Below, in pieces: positions 51,268 through 62,170 of a stretch of DNA of 64,000 bases. Under the pieces are notes generated by a model. It did not search any database. It saw only the letters and a list, made by a program, of their open reading frames with translations, and was not told the origin of the DNA. The DNA is from an uncultured Clostridia bacterium (GTDB lineage Bacteria; Bacillota; Clostridia; Christensenellales; CAG-917). The stretch is taken from positions 6,853 to 70,852 of the forward strand of contig CALVTH010000002.1 in assembly GCA_944360115.1 (NCBI GenBank). Reading direction: 5' to 3'. Position 1 is the first letter of the stretch. The number at the start of each line of letters is the position of its first letter. A program made the position numbers and the translations under genes.

Positions 51268-53148
51268 TCAATAGTCCAGTTCGCCGTCGGACGGAGAGTC
51301 GTCTCCGTCGTCGTACGGGTCGGTGTATTCCTCGTCCTCGGGCGGCACATCCCCGTCGTCGGGCAGAGGCACGCCCTCTTCCGCGTCGGCGGGATATTCC
51401 TCCGACGGGGTTTCGTCCCTCTTCATCTCGAACACATCTCCCCTGTCGAACGGCAGTTCGTCGTCGTCTCCGTTCGCATTGTCGTCGAACGGCAGTCCTT
51501 CGTCTTCCGAGGGCGCGGTGTCGTCGAACATATTTTCCGCGCTTTCCGCTTGCGCGTTTTCGAAGGCGGATTCCTGAGCGGCGGGAGCGGGGGCGGCTTC
51601 GCCGAAGGAACGCACTCTGTTCTCGCCTTCGCTTTCCTCTCCGACTGCGATGTCCTCTTCGGAATACGCAGGCGCAGCGGTGCTCTTCTCCTTTTTCTCC
51701 GCTTCGGCGGCGCGGCGTTCGGCTTCCTTCTCCTGCGCGTCGTTACGGATTTTCTCCTTGGCTTCGGCGAGCTCGTCACGCCCGTATTCGCTGAATGTGG
51801 TCGTGTCGCCCTGCCACTTGAGGTCGATTTCGCCCACAGGACCGTTCCTGTTCTTGCGCACTATCAGTTGCACGACATCCTCGGGCATGGCGGGATTGAA
51901 CTGCGACGGTTTGTGCAGGAACATGACCACATCGGCGTCCTGCTCTATTGCGCCCGACTCGCGCAGGTCGCTGAGTTTGGGAGAATGGTCGTCGCGTTTT
52001 TCGACATCGCGGGACATCTGCGACAGCACCACTATGGGCACTCCCAGTTCGCCTGCGTACAGTTTCATGTTTCGGGACATATCGCTGACCGCCTGCTGAC
52101 GGTTGTTGTCGTAATCCCTGCCCGTCGTCATGAGTTGTAGATAGTCGATGACGACGAGGTCGAGCCCGCGTTCGCGTTTGAGACGGCGGCATTTGGAAAG
52201 CACATCGCCCGGGGCGTTGAGTTTGTAGTCGTCGATATACAGCCCCGATTCGTAAAGGCTGTGATATGCGCGCATGATTCGGGAGTCCTCGATTGTGGAA
52301 ATCGCGCCCGGGGTGTCCATGTGCGAAATGGGCACTCCCGAAACATAGGACAAAATTCTCTTGGCAAGCAGCGCCGCGTCCATTTCGAGGGAGAATATGG
52401 CGACGGTTTTCTTGCCGCCGTAATGCTTCTTGTTGCCACGGTCGCCGACGACATTCGCGGCGATGTTGAGCGCAAGCGCCGTCTTGCCGACGGACGGACG
52501 GGCGGCAATGAGAATAAGTTCGCCCGGCTTGAAGCCTTTCGTCATTTTGTCGAGCGACTCGAAACCGCTGTTGACGATGTTCTGCGGCACTTTGTTGTTC
52601 TGTATGTCGTTTATGTTCTCGAGGGCTTCCTTGAGCGCCGTTTTCACCTGCTCGAGCGACTTCTCGGTGGTCTCTTCGGCGACGGAGAAAATCTCGCGCT
52701 CGGCAAATTCCAGCGCGCCCGTGCCCGTGTCGCTCTTGTAGGCGTTGTCGATTATGTTGGTGGCGGCGTAAATGACGCGGCGCGTCAGCGCGTCGCGCTT
52801 GACAATTTCGGCGTAATGCTCCGCACCCGCCGACGACGGCACGCTCTCGGCAAGTTGCGTCAGATACTCCAGTCCGCCCACCTCGTCGAGTTGCCCCGTC
52901 TGCCCCAGTCTGTCGGAGACTGACACGGTGTCAATGGGCATAAGCCGCAGTTGCAATTCCTTCATCACGCCGAAAACAATCCTGTTCTGCTTGATGAAGA
53001 AATCGCTTTCGTTCATGGTGGGAACGATGTCGTCCGCCGCCCTGGCGTCTATGAGAATACTGCCGAGCAGCGCCGACTCCGCGTCGGCGTTGTACGGCAT
53101 GGACCGTGCGATTTTTCTGGTGCTGTCCGATGTCCTTTCTTCAGCCAT
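51268..53148 (-). CDS. dnaB: replicative DNA helicase (DnaB family) with a 171-aa acidic C-terminal extension
   Basis: N-terminal domain PYNADAESALLGSIL, Walker A ARPSVGKTA, IDYLQLM and SQMSRDVEKR. The helicase core ends near ...LKWQGDTTTFSEY, followed by a D/E/P-rich tail. Confidence 0.92.
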   Translation of the reverse strand: MAEERTSDSTRKIARSMPYNADAESALLGSILIDARAADDIVPTMNESDFFIKQNRIVFGVMKELQLRLMPIDTVSVSDRLGQTGQLDEVGGLEYLTQLAESVPSSAGAEHYAEIVKRDALTRRVIYAATNIIDNAYKSDTGTGALEFAEREIFSVAEETTEKSLEQVKTALKEALENINDIQNNKVPQNIVNSGFESLDKMTKGFKPGELILIAARPSVGKTALALNIAANVVGDRGNKKHYGGKKTVAIFSLEMDAALLAKRILSYVSGVPISHMDTPGAISTIEDSRIMRAYHSLYESGLYIDDYKLNAPGDVLSKCRRLKRERGLDLVVIDYLQLMTTGRDYDNNRQQAVSDMSRNMKLYAGELGVPIVVLSQMSRDVEKRDDHSPKLSDLRESGAIEQDADVVMFLHKPSQFNPAMPEDVVQLIVRKNRNGPVGEIDLKWQGDTTTFSEYGRDELAEAKEKIRNDAQEKEAERRAAEAEKKEKSTAAPAYSEEDIAVGEESEGENRVRSFGEAAPAPAAQESAFENAQAESAENMFDDTAPSEDEGLPFDDNANGDDDELPFDRGDVFEMKRDETPSEEYPADAEEGVPLPDDGDVPPEDEEYTDPYDDGDDSPSDGELDY

Positions 53149-53151
53149 AAT

Positions 53152-53757
53152 TTACCCTTTCTTCCCGAGTGCTTTCGCGCACACGACAGCCGCCGCCGCG
53201 ATGACAATCACCGACAGCGCGACGCCCGCCGCCGCCGCGTACCACGCGGGATAATATTCGCTGCGAAGCGTAAGCCCGAGCGTGAGATTGCCTTCGGCGT
53301 CCTCTTCGGCGGTGTGAATGTAATACCCGTCCGACACCGCGACTTCGCCGTCCGAAAGCACGCGCCCGTTCATTGTAGCATAGTCGAAATACAATTTCAA
53401 CCCGCCCGCGGGCGCGGGAATACCGTTTTCCGCGAAATATCCGTCGACGGCGGCGCGGACATCCTCCGCCGCAAGAGTGAGGGTAAGCTCGTCCGCCTGA
53501 TAAAAAGCGCCGTCGGGATGATAGTATTCCTCGGCAATACAGGACACCGTCGCCAGCACATTCTCCGTCTCGGAAGCCGAAACGCGCACGACGGTCTCTC
53601 CCTCCGTCTCTTCCACGGAATACACATACACCGTCGCGGTGCGCGACTCGGAATATTCCGTCCTGCCCCTCTCGTCGCAAGCGGTGAGCAAAGGCAAGGC
53701 GCACAGCGCCGCGACGACGGCAAGCAAGAGCGGGAGTTTTGTCCGAGCGCCCCTCAT
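53152..53757 (-). CDS. small lipoprotein with a C-terminal TM anchor
   Basis: Track ORF trimmed to ATG 53755-53757 (MRGARTKLPLLLAVVAALCALPLLTAC|DE). The C-terminus is WYAAAAGVALSVIVIAAAAVVCAKALGKKG. ATGA overlap with the pepF stop. Confidence 0.65.
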   Translation of the reverse strand: MRGARTKLPLLLAVVAALCALPLLTACDERGRTEYSESRTATVYVYSVEETEGETVVRVSASETENVLATVSCIAEEYYHPDGAFYQADELTLTLAAEDVRAAVDGYFAENGIPAPAGGLKLYFDYATMNGRVLSDGEVAVSDGYYIHTAEEDAEGNLTLGLTLRSEYYPAWYAAAAGVALSVIVIAAAAVVCAKALGKKG

Positions 53758-55544
53758 TCGGCGCCCACCGTGCACTTTTCGAATTCGGCGAGCGTGTCGG
53801 CGAATTCCTTCATCGCGCGCTCGTAGGGCGCGTCCGTCTCGAGGTCGACATCGGCAAGACGGAGAATGTCGAGCGGAGGCAGGCTGCCGCCTGCCGACAG
53901 GAAAGCGCGGTACTTCGCGAAGTATTCCTCGCCGCCTTTCAGAATGTTGTCGGCAATGGTCACCGCCGCTGTCAGTCCCGTGGCGTACTTGTAGACATAG
54001 AACGCCGTGAAGAAATGCGGTATGCGCGCCCATTCGTATCTGATGAGGTCGTTGTGCCTGACCGCCCTGCCGTAATATTTCTTGTTGAGCGCATAGTACA
54101 CCGTGGACAGGGCGTCAGCGGTGAGCGGGTCGCCGCGCTCCGCCATTGCGTGCGCCTCCGCCTCGAACTCCGCGAACATAGTCTGACGGAAAATCGTCGT
54201 CCTGAACATATCGAGATAATAGGACAACAGGTATTTGCGCATTTCGCCGTCGGACTTGCCGAGAAGGTATTTGAGCAACAGCACCTCGTTGACGGTGGAA
54301 GCAATCTCGGCGACGAAGATTTCGTAGTCGGCTTTCTGTTCGGGCTGGGCGGCAGCGGAATAGTAACTGTGCAAGGCGTGCCCCAGCTCGTGCGCTATCG
54401 TGAAGGTGTCGTGAGTGGTGCCCGTGTGGTTGAGCAACACATAGGGATGTTCGCCGTAGAAATGCGAACTGTACGCGCCGCTGCGCTTGCCCTTGTTCTC
54501 GTACACATCTATCCAGCCGTCCTCAAACGCCTTGGCGAGAATGTCGCTGTACTCCCTACCCATAACTTTAAGCGCCGATTTGACTGTCTCAACCGCCTTT
54601 TCGTACTTTACATTGCTTTTGACGGCGCCGACGAGCGGCACATGCAGGTCGTACATATTCAACTCGCCGCCGAGCAGTCGCCTGCGCAGGGCGATGTACG
54701 CGTGCAGGGTTCTGGTGCCCTTGCCGACCGTCGCGAGCAGTTTCGCATAACAGGTGGGCGGAACATTCTCGGCGAACATGGCGCGGTCGAGCGAGGACGA
54801 AAATCCCCTGACCTTGGCAAAGAACCAGTCCTTGTTGACATTGCCGGCGTAGTTTGCCGCAAGCATGTTTATGTGGTCTCGGTAGGCTTCGAACATACTC
54901 TCGAACGCCGCGCGGCGTATCTCCCTGTCGGGGTTCTGCAACAGCTGCGAATACACGCCGTGACTCATTTCGATCGTGCCGCCCTTGCCGTCGGGAACGG
55001 GACGGAATTTGACATCGGCGTTGTCGAACATATTGAACACATCGTCCGACGCCCCCGCGAAGATGCCCGCTTCGCGCAGTATCTTTTCTTCCTTCTTGGA
55101 TAAGATGACATCCTTCTGGCGTATTATCTCGCCCAGATACACCGAATAGTCGGCGAAGCGCTTGTCGTCGGCAAGGCGTTTCAGTTCGTCGACGGAGAGT
55201 TCGGACAGCTCGGGAGTGACGAAGGACGTCAGCGTGGAATAGCGCACATACAGCTGCTCCGCCCTGCTCTTCATGCCCTGATACAGCGCGACGCGGGTGT
55301 CCTCGTCGTGCCTGAGGTGCGCGTAGTGATACAATTTGACGACATCGTGCCCCAGCCGCGTGTCGAGGTCGAGACATTCCTTGATTGTGCCGTCGTCCTT
55401 GAGTCTGCCGTTGTACGCGGATATTTTGCCTATGCTTTCGCCGACCGCGAAATAGGATTCCTCCCACGCTTCGTCGGAAGGGAAAATCTGCTCGGTGCGC
55501 CATTTGTACTGCGCGGGAATGTCGGCTCTGTTCTTTACTCTCAT
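53754..55544 (-). CDS. pepF: oligoendopeptidase F (M3B)
   Basis: 596 aa with the zinc motif TIAHELGHALH and overall PepF pattern. Confidence 0.92.
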   Translation of the reverse strand: MRVKNRADIPAQYKWRTEQIFPSDEAWEESYFAVGESIGKISAYNGRLKDDGTIKECLDLDTRLGHDVVKLYHYAHLRHDEDTRVALYQGMKSRAEQLYVRYSTLTSFVTPELSELSVDELKRLADDKRFADYSVYLGEIIRQKDVILSKKEEKILREAGIFAGASDDVFNMFDNADVKFRPVPDGKGGTIEMSHGVYSQLLQNPDREIRRAAFESMFEAYRDHINMLAANYAGNVNKDWFFAKVRGFSSSLDRAMFAENVPPTCYAKLLATVGKGTRTLHAYIALRRRLLGGELNMYDLHVPLVGAVKSNVKYEKAVETVKSALKVMGREYSDILAKAFEDGWIDVYENKGKRSGAYSSHFYGEHPYVLLNHTGTTHDTFTIAHELGHALHSYYSAAAQPEQKADYEIFVAEIASTVNEVLLLKYLLGKSDGEMRKYLLSYYLDMFRTTIFRQTMFAEFEAEAHAMAERGDPLTADALSTVYYALNKKYYGRAVRHNDLIRYEWARIPHFFTAFYVYKYATGLTAAVTIADNILKGGEEYFAKYRAFLSAGGSLPPLDILRLADVDLETDAPYERAMKEFADTLAEFEKCTVGAE

Positions 55545-55659
55545 GGCTTCTCCTCGGGCGCTTCGGCGCCCCGTCCGGAAAGACCGAGAAGGGCGCGGCT
55601 TCCCTCATCGGGAAGCGCACCCTCCGTCATCAGTCGTATATGCGTGTTGTGTCCGCGGC

Positions 55660-57174
55660 TCAGTAGAACCGAGCGTTCGCGCTCTCGGCGAGCTCAACGA
55701 GCTTGCGCTGACGGAGCGCAATCGTGCCGTCCGTCATCGACACCTTTATTTCCGTGCCGCCGCGCTGCTCGACCTTGTTGGCAATGCCGACATAGGCGAG
55801 ATAGTCTATGCTCATACCGTAGGTGAGGCGCACGGTGCCGCTTGCGGAATATTCCGCCGTCGCGCGGTCCGTGACCTCGACGGGCACCATAATGCCCTCG
55901 TCGTCGATGTTGTAATGCACCGTCTCGGTGACGCTGAGCGAATAGGTGTTGTAGTGGTCGTGGCCGCAGAAAGTGCCCTGTCCGTTGTACAGTATCATCG
56001 TCTCGAAGAGGATGTCGTTGTACATACCGGGATAGGATTTCTCGCCGCTCTCGCCCGCCTCGCCGAAGAGTTTCTCCGCATTGTCCGCGCCGGCTTTCGC
56101 GGCGTCGTAGTACACACCGTACTCACGGAGAGGAATGTGGAAGTAGACGGTGCTGGGAATGAACTTGCCCTCGGCGTTGCCGTTGATTTCGGACAGTCTC
56201 TTGATTTCGGAAGCGTACCAGTGCACCTGGTCGTCCTTGATGTTGTCGTATTTCCACGCAATGCCGAAGTAGTCGCCGTCGGTGTAGGAGTGGGAGTCGA
56301 GCGTGACGAAAGAATGGACGATTTTGCCGCCTGAATCCTCGAGCAGAATCATATCGTTACCCACGCCCGAGATGTCGACGCCCTCGGGATTCTTGCGGAA
56401 GAGGCACTTGTCCCACTCGCCGCTCGTTGCTTTCTCGAAGTAGTAGTCGCCTATTTCGTCACGGTCGTGCAGGCTGTACGCTTCGGTGTCGTGGTTGCCG
56501 AACGCCACCGTCCAGTAGACGCCGAGTTTGGTCATCAGTTCGCCGAACATATCCGCTTCGCGCTGGTTGTCGAAAGTGCCTGCCTGGAACGGCACGGGAT
56601 AAGCGACATCGCCCGTCACGATGACGAGGTCGGGCTGAACGGCGGTGATTGTATCGGCGACCGCCTGCAACGCCCACCTGTCCTTCTGAGCGGAGAACGC
56701 GCCCGCGCCGATGTGGACATCCGTCAGCTGCAACACGGTGAAATCCTTCACGCTCGCGCCTTCCTTGGGCGAGAAGACATAATAGCCGAGGTCGCTGTCG
56801 TAGGTCACTTCGAAATCGCTGTAACCTTCGGGGAGTGCCTCGACGGTGTTTTCTATGTAATCGTAGTTGCCCGTGTAGCCGACAAAACTGCAAAGTGCGA
56901 GCACGGCAAAGAACACGAGGATGACTCCGCACACCGTGCAGGTGATGACGATGTCCCTGATGTTGCGGCGTTTGCGCTCGGCGGGGGGCAAATCCTTTCT
57001 CTTGACGCGGGGTTTCTTGAGGGGCACTTCGACGGGCGCGAAATAATCCTCCTCGTTTTCCGCGGGAGCGGGAGCGCCCTCGGCGGCGGCGGTATTCTCC
57101 GCCGCGGCGGTCTCTTCCGCCGTCGGAGCGGAAGCCGTCGTTTCGTCGACTCTGGTTTCGTCTTCGGGTTTCAT
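55660..57174 (-). CDS. membrane-anchored calcineurin-like metallophosphoesterase
   Basis: 504 aa: an acidic N-terminus, one TM helix, then LTDVHIG, VTGDVAYP, GNHD and GHDH. Confidence 0.8.
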   Translation of the reverse strand: MKPEDETRVDETTASAPTAEETAAAENTAAAEGAPAPAENEEDYFAPVEVPLKKPRVKRKDLPPAERKRRNIRDIVITCTVCGVILVFFAVLALCSFVGYTGNYDYIENTVEALPEGYSDFEVTYDSDLGYYVFSPKEGASVKDFTVLQLTDVHIGAGAFSAQKDRWALQAVADTITAVQPDLVIVTGDVAYPVPFQAGTFDNQREADMFGELMTKLGVYWTVAFGNHDTEAYSLHDRDEIGDYYFEKATSGEWDKCLFRKNPEGVDISGVGNDMILLEDSGGKIVHSFVTLDSHSYTDGDYFGIAWKYDNIKDDQVHWYASEIKRLSEINGNAEGKFIPSTVYFHIPLREYGVYYDAAKAGADNAEKLFGEAGESGEKSYPGMYNDILFETMILYNGQGTFCGHDHYNTYSLSVTETVHYNIDDEGIMVPVEVTDRATAEYSASGTVRLTYGMSIDYLAYVGIANKVEQRGGTEIKVSMTDGTIALRQRKLVELAESANARFY

Positions 57175-58151
57175 TTTTCCTCCTTCGCGTCGGTCGGAGC
57201 GGCGTCCGCGTCGTCGCGCGCCGTGCTCTCCTCTCCGTCCTCCCCCTCTCCGCCGTCGGCGGCAACGGGGGCTTCGTAACCGACGAATGTGACTTTTATT
57301 CCCTTATTCGCCGCAACGGCGGCGATTTTTTCCCTTACAAGGTTTTTGTCTTCCTCTCCGACTTCGTCCGAGAAAGACAGCCCGACATTGGCTTCGGCGC
57401 GGTTTCTACCGAAATCGTAGACTCGCGCCGTCGCGTCGAGCACTCCTTTCTGCGCCTTCGCGAGCCTGACGAGCCCGTCCGTGCGCAGGTCGTCGCGCGC
57501 GTTCATCAGTCGCGCGAACGACGACACCAACAACTTCACACCCGCGGCAATGAGCATGACGCTGATGACCAGCGCGATTACCGCGTCCACGGGGAAAGAT
57601 ATATAGCGGTAAAGGAAAAGCCCGAGGAGCGCGAACACCGTCACGAGTGAGTCAAGTATACTGTCAATTTGCTGCGCTTTCAATACTTCCGAAGGAATTT
57701 TTTTGTGCAACAGCCCGAAAAGGACGGCGAGACCGATCTTGACGAACACCGTCGCGAACACCAGCCAGAACTGCGCCCACGCGAATGTGACGATCTGCCT
57801 GTAGAAAAAGCGGTCGAGCGCGGAATAGGCGAACACGCACCCCACGACGACCACGATTATGGACATCAGGAACGCCACGACATATTCCACCCTGCCGTAA
57901 CCGAAAGGGAATCTCTCCGACGGCTTCCTGTTCTCGACGGCGAATCCCACCGTCGCGCCCGCGTTGGAGAAGACATCGCCGAAGTTGTTTATGCCGTCGC
58001 CGATTATGCTTATGCTGTGGGTGAACACGCCCGCGTACAGTTTGACGATACCGAGTGCAAGGTTGACCGCGCCCGCCGTTGCGGTGAGCGCGATTTTGGT
58101 TCTGCTCTCCTTGTCGAGCCTCGCCTTTGCGTCCTTTTGCCGTGTCGTCAT
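57171..58151 (-). CDS. cation diffusion facilitator (CDF) transporter
   Basis: Trimmed to ATG 58149-58151 (MTTRQKD) after the SD GAGGT. Six TM helices with a HSISIIGDGINNFGD-type motif, and an acidic C-terminal tail. Confidence 0.85.
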   Translation of the reverse strand: MTTRQKDAKARLDKESRTKIALTATAGAVNLALGIVKLYAGVFTHSISIIGDGINNFGDVFSNAGATVGFAVENRKPSERFPFGYGRVEYVVAFLMSIIVVVVGCVFAYSALDRFFYRQIVTFAWAQFWLVFATVFVKIGLAVLFGLLHKKIPSEVLKAQQIDSILDSLVTVFALLGLFLYRYISFPVDAVIALVISVMLIAAGVKLLVSSFARLMNARDDLRTDGLVRLAKAQKGVLDATARVYDFGRNRAEANVGLSFSDEVGEEDKNLVREKIAAVAANKGIKVTFVGYEAPVAADGGEGEDGEESTARDDADAAPTDAKEEK

Positions 58152-58236
58152 CGCATAACCTCGGGGTGAGCCGCTCGCGGACATTTCGTCGGAACTCGGG
58201 GTTTATGCGCACATTCCGCGCGCTAAACCCGCGATT

Positions 58237-59721
58237 TCAGTTGTTGAACAAATCGTTGGTGAGGAACTCCGGCTCGCAGGTGAGGTTGAGCCCCAGCTTC
58301 CTGAACGGGTTCTCGTCCGCCTTGTGAAGCATGTGGGAGGAGTGCGCCTCGCAGCCTTTCAGTTCCACCAGTTTCTCTATCGCGCGGGCGGCGGAAGGGT
58401 CGGTCGCCGCGCATATCGACAGCGCGATGAGGGCTTCGTCGAGGGTGAGGGTGTTCTCCTTTTCCTCGAGGATTTTGGTCTTGAGATCGAGTATGGGTCC
58501 TATGACATAGGGCGAAATCAGCCTTATGTCGTCCATGCCCGCAAGCGCCTTGACGGCGTTGAACACGCACGCCGCCGACGCGCTCATAATCTCGGAATTG
58601 CGCCCCGTGACAATTCTGCCGTCGGCAAGTTCGATTGCCACCGCGCCAACGCCGCCGCACGCCTGACTCTTGTCGTCGGCAGCCGCGACCACCTTTCTGT
58701 CCGACGGCGAAATGCCCAGACGCGACATGAGGAATTCCAGTCGCTGCACGGTGGACGGCTTGGCTGTGCCGTTCTTGAAATCGACGAGGGCTTTGTAGTA
58801 GCGTCGTATGACTTCCTGCTTGCTGGCCTCGACGCACGCTTCGTCGTCGACAATGCAGTACCCCGCCATATTCACGCCCATATCCGTGGGGGAACGGTAG
58901 ACCAGTTCGCTGTCGGAAATCTTGGTGAGTATGCTCCGCACGACGGGGAACACATCGATGTCGCGGTTGTAGTTGACCGCCATTTGTCCGTACGCTTCGA
59001 GGTGGAAGTTGTCCACCTTGTTGACATCCTTCAGGTCTGCGGTCGCCGCTTCGTACGCCACATTGACGGGATGTCCGAGGGGCAGATTCCATATCGGGAA
59101 GGTCTCGAACTTGGCATACCCTGCCTTGACTCCCCTCTTGTATTCGTGATAAAGCTGGCTGAGACAGGTGGCGAGTTTGCCGCTGCCGGGTCCCGGAGCG
59201 GTGGCGACGACGAGGGGGCGCGTGGTCTCTATGTAGGGGTTGGCGCCGTAACCTTCGTCGGACACTATGGTGTCGATTTCGTGCGGATAACCTTTTGTGG
59301 GACGGTGGATATACACCTTGACGCCCCTGTTCTCGAGTTTGTGCTGATAGGCAACCGCCGCCTGCTGGTCGGCGAACATCGTTATGACGACGCAGTTGAT
59401 GTAGATGCCCATGCCCGAGATGTTGTCGATCATGCGCTCCACTTCGCTGCCGTAGGTGATGCCGTAGTCGGCGCGCACCTTGTTCTTCTCGATGTCGCCC
59501 GCGTTGATGCAGATGACGAGTTCGGCTTTGTCCCTGAGTTTTTGCAGGAGTTTGATTTTCGCCGCCTTGTCGAAGCCCGGCAGCACGCGCGCGGCGTGCA
59601 GGTCGTCGAACAGTTTCCCTCCGAATTCGAGATACAGTTTGTCATAGCCCGAAATTCTCTCCAGAATCTGCTCGGACTGTTTTTGCATATACATTTCGCT
59701 GTCGAAACCAATCTTTCTCAT
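58237..59721 (-). CDS. DUF1846 (UPF0371) family protein
   Basis: Trimmed to ATG 59719-59721 (MRKIGFDSEMYMQKQSEQILERI...LYLEFGGKLFDDLHAARVLPGF), the family pattern as I recall it. Confidence 0.85.
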   Translation of the reverse strand: MRKIGFDSEMYMQKQSEQILERISGYDKLYLEFGGKLFDDLHAARVLPGFDKAAKIKLLQKLRDKAELVICINAGDIEKNKVRADYGITYGSEVERMIDNISGMGIYINCVVITMFADQQAAVAYQHKLENRGVKVYIHRPTKGYPHEIDTIVSDEGYGANPYIETTRPLVVATAPGPGSGKLATCLSQLYHEYKRGVKAGYAKFETFPIWNLPLGHPVNVAYEAATADLKDVNKVDNFHLEAYGQMAVNYNRDIDVFPVVRSILTKISDSELVYRSPTDMGVNMAGYCIVDDEACVEASKQEVIRRYYKALVDFKNGTAKPSTVQRLEFLMSRLGISPSDRKVVAAADDKSQACGGVGAVAIELADGRIVTGRNSEIMSASAACVFNAVKALAGMDDIRLISPYVIGPILDLKTKILEEKENTLTLDEALIALSICAATDPSAARAIEKLVELKGCEAHSSHMLHKADENPFRKLGLNLTCEPEFLTNDLFNN

Positions 59722-59749
59722 TTGCGATATTCTCCCGCCCCTCCGCGAA

Positions 59750-62167
59750 CTATTGACCAATGATTTTGTATGCGCCGACGATACCCGCCTTGAACGCCTG
59801 CCTGCCCTTTGTCACGCGGGTGTCCAGCCTGATGTCCTCGGTGTTGACCACTTCGGCGCCCGCGGGAGTGACGACATACAGGTCGTACGGCATTTTCACC
59901 GTGCCGGCAAAGCACACCTTGCCGCCCGCGAGGTCTATGAGTTTGACGCCTTTGTTGTAGCGCGAACCGGGGTCGATTGTGGAGGATATGACGCGTTTGA
60001 GGTGTCCCGTCGTCGCCATGACGATGATTTCGCCCTCGTCGTCCGCCTGCCCCGCATACGCCACGGCGTCGCCGTCGTTGAGTTTGATGCCGCGCACGCC
60101 CGACGCCTTTCTGCCCTGCACGGGCACCTCGTTCGTCGTATACACGAGACACAACCCGTCGCGCGTGACCTCCAGCACATTCTTGCCTTCCTCGACGACT
60201 TCCACGCCGATGACGCGGTCGCCGTCCGAAAGAGCCATTGCCGTGCCCGCGCCGCGCATACTGCCGAATTCGGCAAGTTCGGTGCGCTTGACCATACCCT
60301 TCTCGGTGTATATTATCACCTCTCCGACGGGTGCGGACGGGAAAAACATGATTTTGACGGGTTTTTCGTCGATGTGGATTTCGGGATTGAACTGCGACAG
60401 CGTCGCGGCCTTTTCCTTCCACCGTTTTTCCTGCGCCGAACCGATGTCGAGACGGGCGGCGTTGCCCCTGTCGGTGAACGCCAGAATCCAGCCTTTGTTG
60501 TTGACGGCGACGGCGTCGGCGGGCAATTCGCCCTCCGCCTTGCGCGCCTCGGCGACAAGCGCGGAATAATTCTTCTGCGACATAAACCTCACCGTGCCCG
60601 CCGCCGAAGTCACCAGCACGCCGTCGCGGTACGCAACCGCTTCGTCCTCGGTGGGTATCTCCACCCTGTCGCCCTCGTCGGCGCCAAGAATGACGGAAAC
60701 GCGCTCGGAAGACATCGCTTTCTTGATTGCCAGGATTTCTTCCTTGATTACGGAATACTGCCTGCGCGGCGAAGCGAGAATGGCGGTGTACAGCGCGATT
60801 TTCTTCTCGAGTTCGGCAAGTTCTTCCTCGAGTTTGCCAATCTCGAGACGGGTGAGTGCCTTGAGGCGCATATCGACGATTGCCTGCGCCTGGTCGTCGC
60901 TGAGGTCGAACCTCTCGCGCAGCGCGAGTTTGGCTTTCTGCGTGGACTCCGACGCGCGGATTATGCGGATGACCTCGTCGATGTTGCGAATGGCAATAAG
61001 CAATCCGCGCACTATCTCGGCGCGCTGTTTTGCGGCGTCGAGGTCGAATTTGGTGCGGCGCACGATGACATCGCGCTGATAGGCGATGTAATAGTCAAGT
61101 ATGGCTTTCAGCCCCATTTGCTCGGGCTTGCCGTTGGCAATCGCCACCATATTGACGGAAAAACCGACTTCGAGCGAGGTTTTCTTGAGCAGGAACGCCA
61201 CGATTTTGGACGCGTCGGTGTCGCGCTTGAGTTTGATGACGGCGCGCATACCCGTCTTGTCCGACTCGTCGACGATTTCGCTTATGCCGCCGAGCAGTTC
61301 CTTGTTCTCATCGCGCAGGTCGGCAATCTTCTTCAGCACTTCCGCCTTGGACACCTGATACGGCATTTCGGTGACGACGATGTTCTTCTTGCCGCCGTCG
61401 TCCTCGATGTGCAGGCGGGAGCGGATTTTAATCCTGCCCTTGCCCGTCTCGTAAATGCTTTCCATGCTGTCCACGGGAATGATGAAACCGCCCGTCGGGA
61501 AATCGGGTCCGGGAATGATTTTGAGCAATTCCGCCGTCGTGATTGCGGGATTGTCGATGACGGCGACCACCGCGTCTATGGATTCGCTCATATTGTGCGG
61601 CGGGATGTTGGTGGCAAGACCGACGGCTATGCCGTTGGCGCCGTTGACAAGAAGATTGGGGAATCTGCCGGGGAGCATATTCGGCTCCTCGAGGCTGTCG
61701 TCGAAGTTGGGACTCCAGGTCACCGTGTTCTTGTCGAGGTCGCGCAGAAGTTCCAGCGCGAGAGGACTCATGCGCGCTTCGGTGTACCTCATCGCGGCGG
61801 CGGGGTCGCCGTCGGCAGACCCGAAATTGCCGTGTCCGTCGACGAGTTTCATTCTCATCGCGAAAGGCTGCGCCATTCTGACCATTGCCCCGTACACCGA
61901 GCTGTCGCCGTGAGGATGATATTTGCCTAGACAGTCGCCGACGATACGCGCCGATTTCTTGTAGGGCTTGTCGGGAGTCAGCCCCATTTCGTGCATTGCG
62001 TAGAGTATACGCCGTTGCACGGGTTTGAGCCCGTCCTCCACCCTCGGCAAAGCCCTGTCGAGGATGACATTTTCGGAATAAGGCAACATACTGCTGTGCA
62101 TAACCTCTTCGAAAACGACATCGAGTATCACGCTGTCCCGCACGGGAAGGGAAGATTTCTTTGCCAT
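59750..62167 (-). CDS. parC: type IIA topoisomerase subunit A, ParC-like (topoisomerase IV)
   Basis: 805 aa with [15 protein letters not shown] and the active-site region [10 protein letters not shown]. No GyrA-box (QRRGGKG) is seen in the C-terminal domain, hence ParC rather than GyrA. Confidence 0.8.
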   Translation of the reverse strand: MAKKSSLPVRDSVILDVVFEEVMHSSMLPYSENVILDRALPRVEDGLKPVQRRILYAMHEMGLTPDKPYKKSARIVGDCLGKYHPHGDSSVYGAMVRMAQPFAMRMKLVDGHGNFGSADGDPAAAMRYTEARMSPLALELLRDLDKNTVTWSPNFDDSLEEPNMLPGRFPNLLVNGANGIAVGLATNIPPHNMSESIDAVVAVIDNPAITTAELLKIIPGPDFPTGGFIIPVDSMESIYETGKGRIKIRSRLHIEDDGGKKNIVVTEMPYQVSKAEVLKKIADLRDENKELLGGISEIVDESDKTGMRAVIKLKRDTDASKIVAFLLKKTSLEVGFSVNMVAIANGKPEQMGLKAILDYYIAYQRDVIVRRTKFDLDAAKQRAEIVRGLLIAIRNIDEVIRIIRASESTQKAKLALRERFDLSDDQAQAIVDMRLKALTRLEIGKLEEELAELEKKIALYTAILASPRRQYSVIKEEILAIKKAMSSERVSVILGADEGDRVEIPTEDEAVAYRDGVLVTSAAGTVRFMSQKNYSALVAEARKAEGELPADAVAVNNKGWILAFTDRGNAARLDIGSAQEKRWKEKAATLSQFNPEIHIDEKPVKIMFFPSAPVGEVIIYTEKGMVKRTELAEFGSMRGAGTAMALSDGDRVIGVEVVEEGKNVLEVTRDGLCLVYTTNEVPVQGRKASGVRGIKLNDGDAVAYAGQADDEGEIIVMATTGHLKRVISSTIDPGSRYNKGVKLIDLAGGKVCFAGTVKMPYDLYVVTPAGAEVVNTEDIRLDTRVTKGRQAFKAGIVGAYKIIGQ

Positions 62168-62170
62168 ATT

